A DNA stretch of 64,000 nt from assembly GCF_030684315.1 (NCBI RefSeq), contig NC_081387.1, positions 6,738,497 through 6,802,496 on the forward strand, given 5' to 3'. Positions 23,448 through 37,800 of this stretch are shown here, piece after piece. A program made the translations under genes and the position numbers. Numbering within the stretch: the first letter of the stretch is position 1; every line of letters begins with the position of its first letter. Source of the DNA: Stegostoma tigrinum (Eukaryota). The notes beneath the pieces are model-generated. The model did not search any database. It saw nothing but the letters and a program-made list of their open reading frames with translations, and was not told where the DNA came from.

Positions 23448-26229
23448 TGCTGGGTGAAGCACAAATAGTGTCAGTGAGCAGATGAGTCTGAGTTGGGTGA
23501 TTGGACTTTCAAAGACAAATTCAATGACTTTTTGGGTGAGCAAGGCATTAGCCACATTGACATTTTTCTGCATTTCCTGCACAGGAGAGACCGAGACAAT
23601 TCTCCGATTCTTTGAAGGTTTAGAAACATGGATGTCCATATCATTAAAAAGTAATAATGCAACCTTAAGTCCTCATGAGATAATAAAAGAAATATTATTT
23701 CTGAGCTGTAGACTGTCTTTACATGACAGAACATATTGAAATACAGGAGAAAGTGCAGAAAATATTTGCAAGGAAATTATTAGATTGGAAGAATGCAACA
23801 TTGGGAGAAATTGGGCAGCTATTGGATGTTTGTTGTTGCTACTTGACAGTTCAGGTAAAAAATTTTCAAGATATTTTGCTATGGACAATGTAGTGAGAAT
23901 TTGAAATCACTAGTACATGGAGTAATTGAAGAATATCTTCTTCTTCATAATTTGGTTCTGACTAGCCATCCAGCCAACTGAGACAAACAACCTCGTCAAG
24001 GCATCTGAGTTACTGTGGCAATACACTGCACAAACCTTTTTTGTCATTTTGTAGCCAGGAGCTATGGGTAACGATGGTAGAGGCTTCCATTTCTCTCCAC
24101 AACATGGCTAACAAGGAATGTTTCCCACTCTTCTTACCTGCTATTGGGATATGTTACCAGGATACTCAGATTAATACTCCTAGTGAATGCACATTCATTG
24201 ATCATTGGGTTTCAGAATGGGCCTTAAATCTATAGGCAGGGCACTACCTATATATTGATCGGCGCAGGCTTGGAGGGTTGAAGGGCCTGTTCCTGTGCTA
24301 GCTTTTGTGCTCCTGAGATGCTGCTTGGCCTGCTGTGTTCATCCAGCTCCACACTTTGTTATCTTGGATTCTCCAGTTTCTGCAGTTCCCATTATCACTG
24401 TAATTTTCTTTGTTCTTATAGTGCCAATAAACCACGTTAAAGCATATGTTGCCATTCTAACATACATAAACGTGAGGTTACTGCATATCAAAGGGAAAAG
24501 CGAACAGAGGAATGTTTGATAGTGTGGATGAATAAGTAGATTGGAACAGCGTCTATATGACATATGGATAACATCATAGTTCAGTTAGTTCAATAGTCCG
24601 TTTCTAATGTGGATGCTGTATGTGTTGTCGGCTGATCTGTAATTGGTTCTGACAAGACGGATATAGAAATTTAGATCCAGCCTATAATATATGTAGAATG
24701 AATAATTCTAGTCACTTTATGCCACTGTTGTTTCTCTCCAATGGAAATTCACAAAACAGCTTAAGTTAATCATGGTAGCTATTGTTTAGTTGGAACTGGA
24801 AACTTATGGGAAAACTGTAACTGCTCAAGTTTGATGAATACAATGTAAATTGCCTTAGGGGAAGTGGGAAAACAGAGAGGAAGAATCTCACAAATTCTAG
24901 TCGTTCAGTCACTACTCAAGACTAACGTGTTTTCCATTTGTTGAAAAATATCAGAATATAGTGATTTTCTAATGGTCAATATGAAGAAAAGGCCACAGTT
25001 TCCAATGGGGGCATATATCTCTATTTCTCGAAAAGTTAGACAAGTCAGCTGCACTATCTGATTTAAAAGGAGGTAATGCTGTGAGAAATGTTAGCAAGCC
25101 AGTTTGGTTTTTACACTTTCTCTTGGACTTCCTTTTTCAGTTCTTTGATATTAATATCCTTGTCATGACTCAGTTAGGAAAAATGTGCTGAGAATTGAAT
25201 TTCATAATTCAGTTGATTTTCTCTCCTACTGCATTACCTTATCCACTGTCTGTCTGCACTTGCCATCAGGTTTGGACAGACAGAACTGCTGGCAACAATT
25301 TTGGAAGGAGGCAAGATGGGGACAGAACTAGCAATTCAAATTTTAATCACTAGATTGAATTCACAAACTTTTATGGTTTTACAGGATTAACAAATTGCGA
25401 TATTAAGTACAACAGGTCTAAGTGAAAGAAATTATGTTACATAAACACTTTGGGTTGTGGAAAGGTCAGATTATAGCTGACACAAAATGAAATACTGTGG
25501 GTTGAAGGTTTCACAGGCTATGTTGATGCTCACGTCCGTGGTTTCACAAGCAACAGATCAGTGTGTCCAGCTGTCCTGCTACATCTACTTGAGGAATGAT
25601 TTTGAATGGTTTTGAACAATTAAACAACTCACTGGAAGAGGTGTATCCAAAAATATTCCCATTCTCAATGATGGGGCAGTCCAGTACATCAGTGCATGTG
25701 GTAAGCCTGAAGCAAAATCCTTCAGACAGAAGTGTCAAATGGATAATCCATCTCAGCTTCTCCATAACGTCTAGAGTATCACAGATGACAGTCTTCACCA
25801 AATTTGTTTCAGTCCACGTAATGTGAAAAACAGTTGCAGACACTGGATACCATAAATGGTTTGGGTTCTCACAACATTCCAGCAAAAATACTGAAAACTT
25901 GTGCTCCAGAACATGCAGAACCCCTAACCAAACTGTTGCCATATAGCTAAAATATTGGCATCTACCAGACAATTTGGAAAATTGCCCACACATGCCCTGC
26001 CTATGAAAAGCTTTACAAATCCCACCCAGTCAATTACTATCTCTATCAAACACCTCTTGACTTCCAGTAAAGTGATAGAAAGTTTCATCAACAGTGCAAT
26101 CAAGTAACGCTTGCTTAGTAGTAACCCATTCATTGACAACCAATTTGGGTCTAGCCGGGCCACACAGCTACAGATCTTATTTCAGCATAATTCCAAGGGA
26201 AAAAAGGGGTTAAGTTTTATTTTACCAAG

Positions 26230-27720
26230 CTCTGATTTACTTTATTCATGTTTCCTGCAGTCACAGTAGTGTTTACCAGCTGTTTTGTAGTTAAAGCCAA
26301 ACATTGATCCATGGTATTCTCCTTCTGAGCTTCGTTTTTGGACTCACTGTTGTAAATACCAATGTATCAAATGAGCTTCGTTCATAACTACAGAAATCTG
26401 AATGAAGTTGTCTCACTCTATTACAATTGGAGTACTTTAGCATTTGATTTTCATCAGCACCTTCCTTTCTAGTTTGAGGAAGAAAATTTTGAGGCTTTCC
26501 CACTTGACTCTTCTTCACCCTTACTACTTCCCTCCCTTTATTTTTACACCTTATATTTTTCTTGAGTTTATAGCAGTCATGGTAAAATGTATTTACTTTT
26601 ATGGGTCAGTTCATAGTCATCAGGCTATATCTGCTGCAATTCTAATCGCTGCAAATCTCTTGTCAATGTGGATTCATAAAGTTGTACAGCATAGAAGCAG
26701 ACTTTTTGATCCAACTTGTCCACACTGACCAGATATGGTAACTCAATCTAGTTCCATTTGCCAGCATTTGGCCCTTATCCCACTGAACCCTTCTTATTAA
26801 TGTACTCATCCAGATACCTTTTAAATTTGTATTTTTATCAGCATCCACCACTTCCTCTGGCACCACTCTCTCATGAAAACATTGTCCTTTTGTAGATCCC
26901 TTTTAAAACCTTCCCCCTCTCAATTGCAATCTACGTCCTTTAGTTTTGGACTCCCCTACTATCGGAAAAAGACCTTGGCTGTTCACCTTATCCATGCCTC
27001 TCTGATTTTATAAACCTCTCAACCTGGATGTGGGCCAGGAGCAGGCAAGTAGGACTAGTTTGGGATTTGACCACTTGTTTATTTTTCTTTTTGTTGTCAA
27101 ATGACAAAAAGAATGATTCAACATCCTGTTTTGCTGCAATTTTAGGTACGGTCTGTATAAATTTAAATAAATCCTCACTGGACTTTTCATTGTGATGGAT
27201 CTTCTTCAAAGCTGTAATGATATCCAAAGTCTTTTTTGTTTTGGGATGCATTCTCCTAAGCTGGTATTCTTTTCTCAGTTTCCTCTCTTTATCCTTTTTT
27301 TCCCTTTCCTAAATCTCTACTTCCATCAGATTAAATGTTTTATTTATCTTTCTCCTCTCTGAATTTCAAACCCACTAAATTACATTATCAACTGTATTTC
27401 AATCTTCCAAATTCTTTCTTATGTTCAAGTTCTTTTCATTCTTTCTCATGTTTAAGCTGCTTTAACTGCAGTTGAATTCTAATTAAAGTGATTCATTGCA
27501 ATAAGTTCCTCCTGCATTTCTATCAAACCTAGATGCTTTGCCAATATTTCAATTACTTTACCTTCTTAGTTCTGGGAAGCAATTCTACATCTAATTATTT
27601 GCAAATTACATCAGCTTTGTTTTTGTTAAATACTTTAAATTTATTATAGATACCACTTCGAACTACATGATGGCAGCTGTTAATGCCATCTTATTTTAAA
27701 GTATGAGAAATCTTATACCT
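26230..27720 (-). mobile_element. Degenerate Gypsy (Gmr1-like) gag relic, interrupted by a CR1 tail (~26670-27020)
   Basis: DLFKFIQTVPK...DVESFFLSF, DDYELTHKSK and an eroded zinc knuckle (CNRVRQLHS) recall Gmr1-like gag. Confidence 0.5.
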
Positions 27721-27869
27721 GTTCTTGTATCACATACTAACTACACATTTAATCTGTTGCCTTCATTCAAAGGTTTCTGAACTGGAGCCCTCAGAGTGTC
27801 ATCATGACTCAATTGGAAAGAATGTATCATTAATGGAGTCCCGTTACTCCACAGGAATCATAAATCAAA

Positions 27870-28133
27870 TTTTTAAGTTGAGAGGGGAAAGACATAAAAG
27901 GACCTTAGGGGTGCTCTTTCACACAGATGGTGGTGCAGGTATGGGATGAGCTGCCAGAGGAAGTGGTGGAGGCTGGTACCATTACAACATTCAATAGGCA
28001 CCTGGATGGATACATGAATAGATGGATATGGGCCAATGCTGGCAAATAAGACTAGATTAATTTCGGATATCTGGTTGGCAATGACAATTTGGACTGAAGG
28101 GTCTGTTTCTGTGATGAACAACTCAATGACTCT
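27870..28133 (+). mobile_element. CR1 LINE 3' end
   Basis: gagctgccagaggaagtggtggaggctgg...atgactcta tail. Confidence 0.8.
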
Positions 28134-30689
28134 AAATGTGTACCTGCATGAATAAACCACCAAGATGATCAATTTTCCAGATGGATTGTAATTCAGGACA
28201 AAAGGTAATTCATGCAAAGTTTAATCATTATCAAGAAAACAACTCTATTTAGTTCAAACAAAATTATTTAACAATCGATAAAATTGGATTTTCTATTATA
28301 GGACTTTTAGTATACCACTTTTGAACCTCATATGTATATTCATAAATAAACAACAGACAAAACCCACACAGATGTCATGGATGAAACATTACAGAAAAGG
28401 GAAATCAAACATCAGTGAGTCAAAACTGGAACAGCAAGCTTGGAAAGCTATTTCTTACAGTTCTTTTAATTTTAGCAATGATAACAGAATTTTGTATGCG
28501 GAATGATTGTCAATCTTTGATTCAATAACTGATTAGGTGGACCTCGGCCTTTTCTTGTCTTCAAAGTCTTTCTTTCCATTCTCAAGTTTTTTTTAAAAGT
28601 TTTTCACTTGTTTTTAAGGCTTCTAGATGTCCCTGAGTTCTGTACAGATACTTTCCTGATCAACCCATTCAGAAATGCTGTTACCCAGCTCTGGAGCAGA
28701 AGTGATTTGAATGCAGGTCTCATGATTCAGAGGTAGGGGCACTAACAATTGAAAAAAAAACAGCCCTTACAGCTGAACACTACAGATTTTCTTCTAAAAA
28801 CAGTCTGTTCAGGCAAGTCATCATACATCTCAGGGCTCCTGGTTCAGAGGCAGGGACACTATCACTACACCACAACAGCCCCTTGACTGAGCACTATACT
28901 CACAGACCTGTAACAATCTGCAATCACACCAATCCAAAAATGAGGTCATTTTTCCTGAACTCAAAAGCTCCTGGTGCCTCCCTGTCTCAAAGTATCTACC
29001 TCACTGCTTTGGAAAGCAATATAGTCATGTATAATTAAAGTGGACATCAAAGATCCAACTTGATTAATAACTTGCAGGAAAAAAAAACTTTTTCCTGGTA
29101 TCTTTTAGCTACATTGCAGTTCAGAGACAAATAACACAGATATGTGGTCACTTGCAATCCAGAAGCAGTCATGTGCGATGGTCACCCAAAGTTCCGGAGG
29201 TAATCATTGTCTTTCCAATTTAGTTGAAGAGCTCTCTAACTTTTTTTTTTGAAGCCACACAATGAGAATCAGCTTGATATTTCACAATGAGGGGCACCAT
29301 AGGCTGATTCAAAATGTGCACACAAAAAGCTTCTACTGGGTGAAGGTCTGGCAGTTAGTGCCTCAGCTGCAGAAAAATAATTCCAGTCACACATTCTAAT
29401 TTTGGATGAAGTGAGCAGCCTCAGCCACAATATAATGGCAACTGTAAAACAAAACAATATTTCTCATGTCACATGGCATTGTAAACATGTGAAATGCCAA
29501 AAGTTAGCTTTTTCATCTTTAACTTGCAGATGTTAATCTGCACTCAAGAAGAACTGAGTAAATCTATTTCTTTTGCAGAAATGCACCAGCACTACAGCTC
29601 CCACCCTGATTCACTTTGCATTAAGCATTTAGCGGAAGTGTATTAGTTCTGTAAGGCATGTACTAAGATTGGGGAAAAACTGACCAAAAGATGCCAAAAA
29701 TTCCCATAAGCCTGTAATTTGTTCTTTTTGCCTTTATAACATATACGTGCTTATCACAGTAATAGGCCCTTTGGCCCAACATGTCTGCGCAGACCATGAC
29801 ATATATATAAATAACTTATGTAGTATTTTCTGTACTTCATAAATAAAAAGTAGATATTGTTGAGAAATGTGGCTTCACCAGATATACTACTCATCACATT
29901 CCAAAGTTCTATACTTTACATGGTTCCAATTTTTACATACTTTCATTTGATTGTATATCTTCCAAAAACAGTAGAATCACAGTCAAATGGCTCATCAGGA
30001 GGCAATTACCTATATTTAGCTCATGTAAGCTCTAAATGGAACAATCCATTTCCCATCCTCACATCTATTGCCACGATATTTTGTTTTAAATATTAGTATC
30101 TATTGAAAACATTCAACGTCTCCTCTTCCATTAGCTTCCTGGGCAACAAGTTCCAGGCCATTGCCACTCAACAAGCAGAAGAAACGTTCCCATTCATAGT
30201 TCTACCAGATTTCTTACCCCAAACCATATCTGTGCCCCTTAGCCTTTCTATCTTTAACGACTGAGAACAGCTTATCTCAACCTGTCATAACCTTGCACAT
30301 CTCTATCAAATCTCTTATTTTAATAAGAACGTCACTTCCTCATTTTGGCACCGGAGTTAAAAGTCGTCATCCATTGCAGTTTCTCCAGAGAGAGTCTTCC
30401 TAATCTGGTGACGAGAACACAAGAATATTAGACGTGACCCATGAGAGCTTTATACAGTTTCAGCAAAACTTCACTTGCTGCTGGGTTCGAGACTTAGATT
30501 TACGAAACCCGTAATATCACACTCCTTTCAATTTGTCCCTAGAGTTAAACTTCTGAGCAACGCAAACTAGTGCAACACACATAACTGAGAACAGTATGAA
30601 TAATATATTCATTTCCAAGTATTACTACTCGGCTTTTCCCTCGAGGTTCCTATCCCTAAATTACGCTGGGCCTGTACAGGCCAGAACTG

Positions 30690-30910
30690 CAAAAAAAATT
30701 GCTGAGAAATCTCAGCAGGTCCGGCAGCATTCTGTGGAGAGAGAGAAAGCAGAGTTAACGTTTCGGGTCTGAAGTAGGAACTGAAGAAGGGTCATTGGAC
30801 CTGAAACGGTAACTGCGCCTTCTCTCTCTCTCTCCACAAATGCTGCCGGACTTGCTGAGATTTCCCAGCATTTTATGTTTTTGTTTCTGATTTCCAGCAT
30901 CCGCAGTTTT
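30690..30910. mobile_element. Penelope-derived hairpin
   Basis: Inverted arms gaaatctcagcaggtccggcagcatt / aatgctgccggacttgctgagatttc; ctgaagaagggtcattggacctgaaac core. Confidence 0.75.
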
Positions 30911-31539
30911 TTCGACGTTTTATTCAGGTAAATCTTAGGGATGGGGGAAAAGGAAAAATCCCCTTCCAAGTGGTCAGTGGGCGCATCCAGGATGAATTAA
31001 TTGTAGGAGGTGTTTGCAAAATTGTAGGGAAGTGAATACTTTTCTCTTTACTGTAGAACAGTTCACATAAATTGTTAACATGTTACCAGTCACCTCTTAG
31101 TATGGTGTTTGTCATTGTTTTCCGAAATACCTGAAAAGTTGATGTGGGAGAATTGAGTAAAGTTTCAATAGGAGTCCTGGAAAATAGAATTAATGTATCG
31201 ATAATCAGAACAAGAGGGTAGTTAGAAACTAAAATAGAGGTTGCAGGAAAAGCTTCAGCAGGTCTGACAGCAGCTGTGAAGAGAAATCAGAGGGAGCGTT
31301 TCGGATCCAGCGACCCTTCCTCAGTCCCTTCGTATGAAAGGCATTAATAAAAATCTCTTAATAGACTTTTTCTTTGTATACGCTGTGTTACTTCGGTCTG
31401 TTTTGTTTTGAGTGGGCGAACTCATTTAATCCTGGGTCAGAAGAAGTCTATGGCGACCTGCTCTTGATTAACAAAATGCATGATGCTTGGAAAATGATCT
31501 CTAATGCCGTTTGTCACTTGCGTAATGTTGAGCACAACC

Positions 31540-31745
31540 GCAGCGCGGAACTTGAGTGAGAGTTTCTACTCGCAGCCCCTCCCCGAACCCTCGGACGACC
31601 AGTTACGAATCCGTATCTCTTCGTTGCAATTGCAAGATGAACTCAATTGGAGAACACTTGTGAGTGAAATTCAGTTTCCCGCCCCCGCTTCCTGCAAAGG
31701 ACTCTCTTTAAGTTTGCCGCCAGCAGATAACAAATTTAAAGAGAA
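31540..31745 (+). promoter_or_regulatory. Putative MHC class I proximal promoter
   Basis: CpG-enriched; ISRE-like agtttc motifs (~31561, ~31673), inverted CCAAT attgg 31646-31650, GC box ccgccccc ~31679-31686 and Ets-like cttcctg directly upstream of the ATG. Confidence 0.45.
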
Positions 31746-31818
31746 ATGGCAAGAGGATCCCACGGCGTGTTGCTGTCACTTGTACTAAGTTTCTACCGAG
31801 TACAACAATGCCTGACCG
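31746..31818 (+). CDS. MHC class I exon 1, signal peptide
   Basis: ATG in aaATGG context; MARGSHGVLLSLVLSFYRVQQCLT + G|gtgagt; 73 bp, phase 1; G+AC restores D of DSHSL; lies in a CpG-richer region. Confidence 0.82.
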
Positions 31819-34800
31819 GTGAGTACCCCTGATTGAGTTTACAAGAGACTGCGCGCTCGCCGCTTCTGACCTGAGGCTGTATTGGCATGCAGGTTTCACC
31901 AGTTGTTTTATAAAAGGGGATGGAGTTGTAAAGCTATAAAACCTGTCCTGTTTGTTGCATGTAAGCAACATTAGTTGCTTTGTTTTTGTTCTGTCACTGA
32001 CTGTCCGTTTCCTCTCAGCTGTCGCCTTCCACCGACCAAAGTAAACATCCTGCCGACATGACCAGAGGTCAGAAAGCCAAGACCGACTCTATTGGTTCCT
32101 AAATGTAAGCCGTGATAGCATTGCCCCTTCCCGGCCTCACGGTGCTCCGTGGACAAGAAAAAGTGGACAACTTGCCTTCAACTAGCGCCTTTTGCGACGT
32201 CAGGGCGCCCTGAGGAACATTACAGTTCGGCTCTCGACTCTCTTCACCCACCACCACCCCCTCCCCGCGTCCACATATACTTCGCTCAAAACATTTGCAA
32301 GCATAGATTACAAAGTGTGAAGCTGGATGAGCACAGCAGGCCAAGCAGCATCTCAGGAGCACAAAAGCTGACGTTTCGGGCCGAGACCCTTCCTCAGAGA
32401 GCTCAGAGAAGGGTCTAGGCCCGAAACGTCAGCTTTTGTGCTCCTGAGATGCTGCTTGGCCTGCTGTGTTCATCCAGCTCCACACTTTGTTATCTTGGAT
32501 TGTCCAGCATCTGCAGTTCCCATTATCACATTTGCAAGCATAGAGTTATGCATTCGTAAGAGCATGGAAACAGACTCTTTGGCCCAACCAGTTCACGCCG
32601 ACAGTGCTCCCAAACTGCCTGCGTTGGGCCCGTATCCCTCCTAATATTTCTTATTCCTGTGCTAATCTAAATGTTTTTTAAACGTGGTAACTGTACAGGC
32701 ATCCACCACTTTCTCTGGAAGTTCATTCCACACAGGAACCATACTCTAGGTAAAAAAAATTGCCTTTTTTTACAACTTTGTCCTCTCTCACCTTTACAAA
32801 TATGCCCCTTAGTCTTGTAATCCACCCTCCTAGTGTAAAGACAGCTGCCATTCACCTTATTTATAACCCGCATGATTTTATATACCTCATTAAGGTCACC
32901 GCTATACCTCCTACACTTCAGTGAAGTTCCAGCTGACCCAGCCTCTCTCCATAACTCAAAGCCTTCATGCTTTAAAGCAGATCTGTAGCTCGACTTGCGG
33001 TTGGAGTCGTTTGTTGGTTCGCTGAGCTGACTGGTTTTCATGCAAACATTTTCGTCTCCCTTCGAGGTGACATTGTCGGTGCTGCGTAGCCTTCTTTGAA
33101 GCGCTGTTGACTGTCGCGCTCTGTTTGCAGCAATTAAGTCTTAGACTTAGCCTCTTGTACATTTACACACTCACTGTCACTCTTGACTCTGGGTGTGTGA
33201 AACTACTATTTTTCTCACTGTCTCTCTCACACTGGATGGTCACCTGGTCTCCACCTCTTGCCATGCTGGTCTCCTCAGAAGATTCTAAGTTCTAAGAGGG
33301 TCATCTTTTATTGGATGGTTTTCTGAAACTTTCTGATTTTCGGGCCAGTTGGGGAGATACACTTAATAGCTTGAAACAGAGGCAACTTTTTGCAAGGCGT
33401 GGGACTGTCAATTTCTTTGTGTAGCAGGACCTGGTGCCTTTCTACCCAGATCCTCCTTTTATTCGGTGGTTAAATTGCCTTTTGTATTAATGTAATGTCA
33501 TCAGCACCTGGCTACTGTGTTTGCACCAGGATTGGTGTGTGGGCTTTGTGATTTCAGTGTTTTACTTGACCAATATACCCAGCATCTCTTACTGTTTCCT
33601 CAACCGAGGATTCCCCAGCTCCGTTGTCGACAGGGGCCTCAACCAGGTTCAACCCATCTCCTGCACTCCCAGCATCATCCCTTCTCTTCCATCCTGCAAC
33701 AGCAATGGGGTTCCCACCATCCCACCAGCATCCACATCCAGTAGACTTTCAGATGCCATTTCTGCCACCTCCAGCAAGAAGCCACGACCAGACACATAGC
33801 CCCCTCCCCTCCCTTGTCTGCCTTCCACAGGGACCGTTCTGTCTGGGACATCATAGTCCACACTTCCTTCAGCCCAACACCTCCCACAGCCCTACGGCAC
33901 CTTCCCCTGTAACCGGTAAAGGTGCAACACCGACCCATTCACCTCCTCCCTCCCCAGTATCCAAGGGCTCAAATATACCTTCCAGGTGAAGCAACACTTC
34001 ACCTGCACTTCCCAGAATCTAGTCTACTGCATTCGCTGCTCACAATGTGGAATGCTCTACACTGGGGAAATGAAGTGTAGACTTGGTGACCATTTTGCAG
34101 AACATTTACGTTCTGCTCGCAAAAAAAGACCCTGAACTACCTGTTTCCTTGATTTGCCACTTCAATGCACCACCCTGCTCCCTGGCCAACATCTCTGCCT
34201 CTGGCTTGCTACAGTGTTCCAGTGAAGCCCAATGCAAGCTGGAAGAACAGCACCTCATTTTGCACTTGGGGACCCTACAGCCCTCTGGGCTCAATATTGA
34301 GTTCAATAATTTCAGGGCCTAAACTCTTCTGTGTCCCAGCCCTCCACCCCACACACCAGGCCTTGTTACCACATAACCTGCCATTATACATCCCCTGCTG
34401 TTAGTCACTAACAGTCCCCATTAAAAACCACTCACCCTCCCAGCCTGATCGTTAGCAACTCCTTTGTCTGTCCTACTGTCTTTCTCTCTCTTTGGGCTCT
34501 ATCCTATCGTTTACTCCCTACCCCACCCACCTCCCAATTTTCTGCATATAAACTGACATTTTCCCAGACACTATCAGTTCTGAGGAAGGGTCACTGGACC
34601 TGAAACATTAACTCTGTTTTCTCTCCACAGATGCTGCCAGACCTGCTGAGTTTTTCCAGAAACTTTGTTTTTGTTCCTGATTTGCAGCATCTGCAGTTCT
34701 TTTGGTTTTTATCGCTTACTGTTTGGTGACATTAGTAATCTAACTGCATTTTAATAGCCAGGAAGCCGTTACAAGTGGTACTTTATTGAAGTACTACTGA

Positions 34801-37800
34801 CAAAAAGACTGAATTGTCGCTTTCTGTTCTAACTTTTTTCTGGTTCTATTGTTCCAACAGTTATGAAGTAATACAAGGGAAGCGCAAAGGCAAATATATT
34901 TAACTGGAAAAGGGCTAATCAATCACTTTAGAAAATGATCTGGTCTGAAATCACAAAGTATGTAGGGTCAGGTTAATTAAGCATAAGAAAACCTGAGGAC
35001 ATCTAAAGTTACATCTCCTTGGATAACTAAGCACGTCAAGGTGATATTGAATCAAAAAAGGTCTTTATGATAAATATTATATCTACAACTGAGCTGAAAA
35101 TAATCTGAATGTAGATTATAAAAAGAAGGTAACAATGATAGAATATATATGTCTGAAATTAAAATAATAGGGAATCAAAACATTTTTCAAAAAAATCTAT
35201 AAATAGCAAAAGGGAAATATGCCTGTTTAACTGGAGAGAATGGCCAGAGTATTAAGTGAACTCTCTTGCATTTGTCTTCACTTAAAAGACATACTACTAA
35301 TATAAAAGTAAAGAAAGGCAAAGCAAAGTTATTTGGTGGAATTGTAATCAGTAATGAGGTTGCAATCAATACCTCCAAAATTTCGTAAAATGTAAAACTA
35401 TATCTGCTCTGGTTTGGACACAGCATATGTTACTGAGGGATGTAAGGGCAACATCCTCGAGGATTATATGAGCCCTTTTAGGTATGCGAGTGTGGCCAGA
35501 AGTATGAATTATTGCAAACGATAATCCTTTGTTCAAGATGAGCTGGTGGTTGGAGTGGGGCAGAGTATTGAACAGATAAATCTGGCAAGTGTAGGCTTCT
35601 CAGCCTAACTTCTGTTTAGAAAAAAAAACTCTTTGAGATCTTAATCCATTAGAAATTAGTCTTGAGGAATGGTGGAGCAATCGATGAAAACTGAAGGAAA
35701 TTGTTCAAGGCAAATCATGTTTGACTGGCTTGATGAATATTTGTTGCAAGCTAGCTGAAGATTGGTTCATATTGTTCACAGTGGGTTCATGTACTTTAAA
35801 AAGGTGTTTGAAAGAACACTATAATAGACTTGCTAGGAATATTTAAACAAATGGAATTATAGAGACATGGAAGAATGAATGCATAATTGGCCTAGGATAA
35901 TAAAGTAGCAAGTCATGGTGGGAGGACACTCTTCAACTTGATACAAAGTCTAAAGTACTTTCCCCACCAGTCAGTATTAGGACAGGCTATTTTTGACATA
36001 TTAATGAACTCCATCTGTGTCTTAGAGCATTATTTGCAGGTGACATAATCTAGAAATTTAGTATGTAAAGAAGGCAACAGGATTCTTCTTCTGGAGTGCC
36101 CAAGTGAAATAGAAAGACATTTTGTTGCTGACATTTGAGGTTTGGGAATGATGTTTTTGTCAGGAAAGTTGTAGACATGTATATAGGCTACAAATTACAC
36201 TTTTTTAAAGGTTTGCAGGAACACAGGGAGCTGCATTGCATGTGATATGGGGAAATCTGTCAGAGTGGCAAGATAATTTGAGGTCACTGTTTATGAAAAT
36301 TTTTTATTGATTTCAAGGCTTTATTATTATAACAATAGGGTGCAAAAACTAAAAGGTTATGCTGAAACTTTACAAATAATTGATTAGTGCTGAAATGGAA
36401 TTGTGTTCAATTCTGGCTATCAAGTTTGACCAAGAAATGTGTCAAGGAAATAGAAGAACCACTCCAGAGATGGAGGGTTTTGGTTAAACGAGTGACCAGA
36501 GAAGATGTGCCTGTTCTCTCTGATTCAAAAACCTCAAGAGGTCATAGTTGTAGGCAATGATAGACTTTATGAGAATAAATCTGAAAAGTAATTTACTCAG
36601 AACGTCAATAAATTTGCCAAACTAAAAAGTGAAATTAACCAAATATTTTGTGATATGTTGGGATTTACCTTCGCTAGTGCTTTCAGTCTGTGTCTCAGTT
36701 TCCCACAAGTTTTAAGTTACGCTGCAGTGTATTGTTTACTAATCTAGTTTTGCTCACAACTAATTCTGCAATTAGAGGTCTGGCAGTCCAGACGAAATTT
36801 TACTGTTGTAAGTTAGCAAAAGAATTGGACCATTTTTTAAGTTAAATGAGTTGAAATCGCAATATGATAGCTGAGAAATTTAAAATCCATTCATTATCAA
36901 ATGTGGAATGGGAATCCATTATTTTAAATGGACACCATGCCACTACTAGATGTGATGAAAACCTATTTGGTTCATTAATCAGCTTTGAGGAAGTTTGACA
37001 TACCTTTTCAGCCTCGTGGAAAACTGTGACTTGAAAAGTATTTAAACTTAATCAAAATAAATTTGAGTTGAAGCAAGCAAAACACAATTCTGATTTGGGA
37101 TTATTTGACTGGCCTTTCATTGTTGTTGTGTCATACTCTGGGAACTCCCTTGCTTAAGCACTGTGGGAGTTCGTACACTTGAAAGATTGCTGTGGTTTAA
37201 GAAGGTAGCTCACTGCCACCTTCTCAGGGCCAATTCATGTTGAGCAGTAAGTTCTGGTCTGAGCAGTGAATGATCAAATAAAGATAGCCAACTGATACTT
37301 ACCCACCAGTTTTCTGCTGAGTGTGGAGAATGGCAATTAGTCACAAAAGATTGATGGTGGGATGGATTTGGTGGTGCAGTTTGTAAGTTGTCTGACTTGG
37401 TTTAGAAGTCAGGGAACTAAAACAAAAAGATTTCTGTACTTGTTAGTTGATTCCCAAATGCCAGTTTAATGATGGGAGACTGGTTGAAAAACTACCAAAC
37501 CGTGATTTCAAGTAAAACAAGGAATGAGTCTTAGAGAGATCCATTGAAAGAGGCCCTTTGACCCACCATGTTCTTGCTGACCAAGAAACACCAACCTACA
37601 CCAATCCCATTTGTCTGCACTTGGTCTTTCGCCTACTGTGCCCTGAAGTTTTAAGTGTTCAGCCAGATGCTTCTTAATGGTGTGAGAGTCATTGCCTCCA
37701 CCACCCTCACTGGCATCATACTCCTTATTTATCATCCTCTGGGTGAAAAACATCTTTCAGTCGGGTCTCCTTTAAATCACTTGCTCCTCACCTTAAACTG

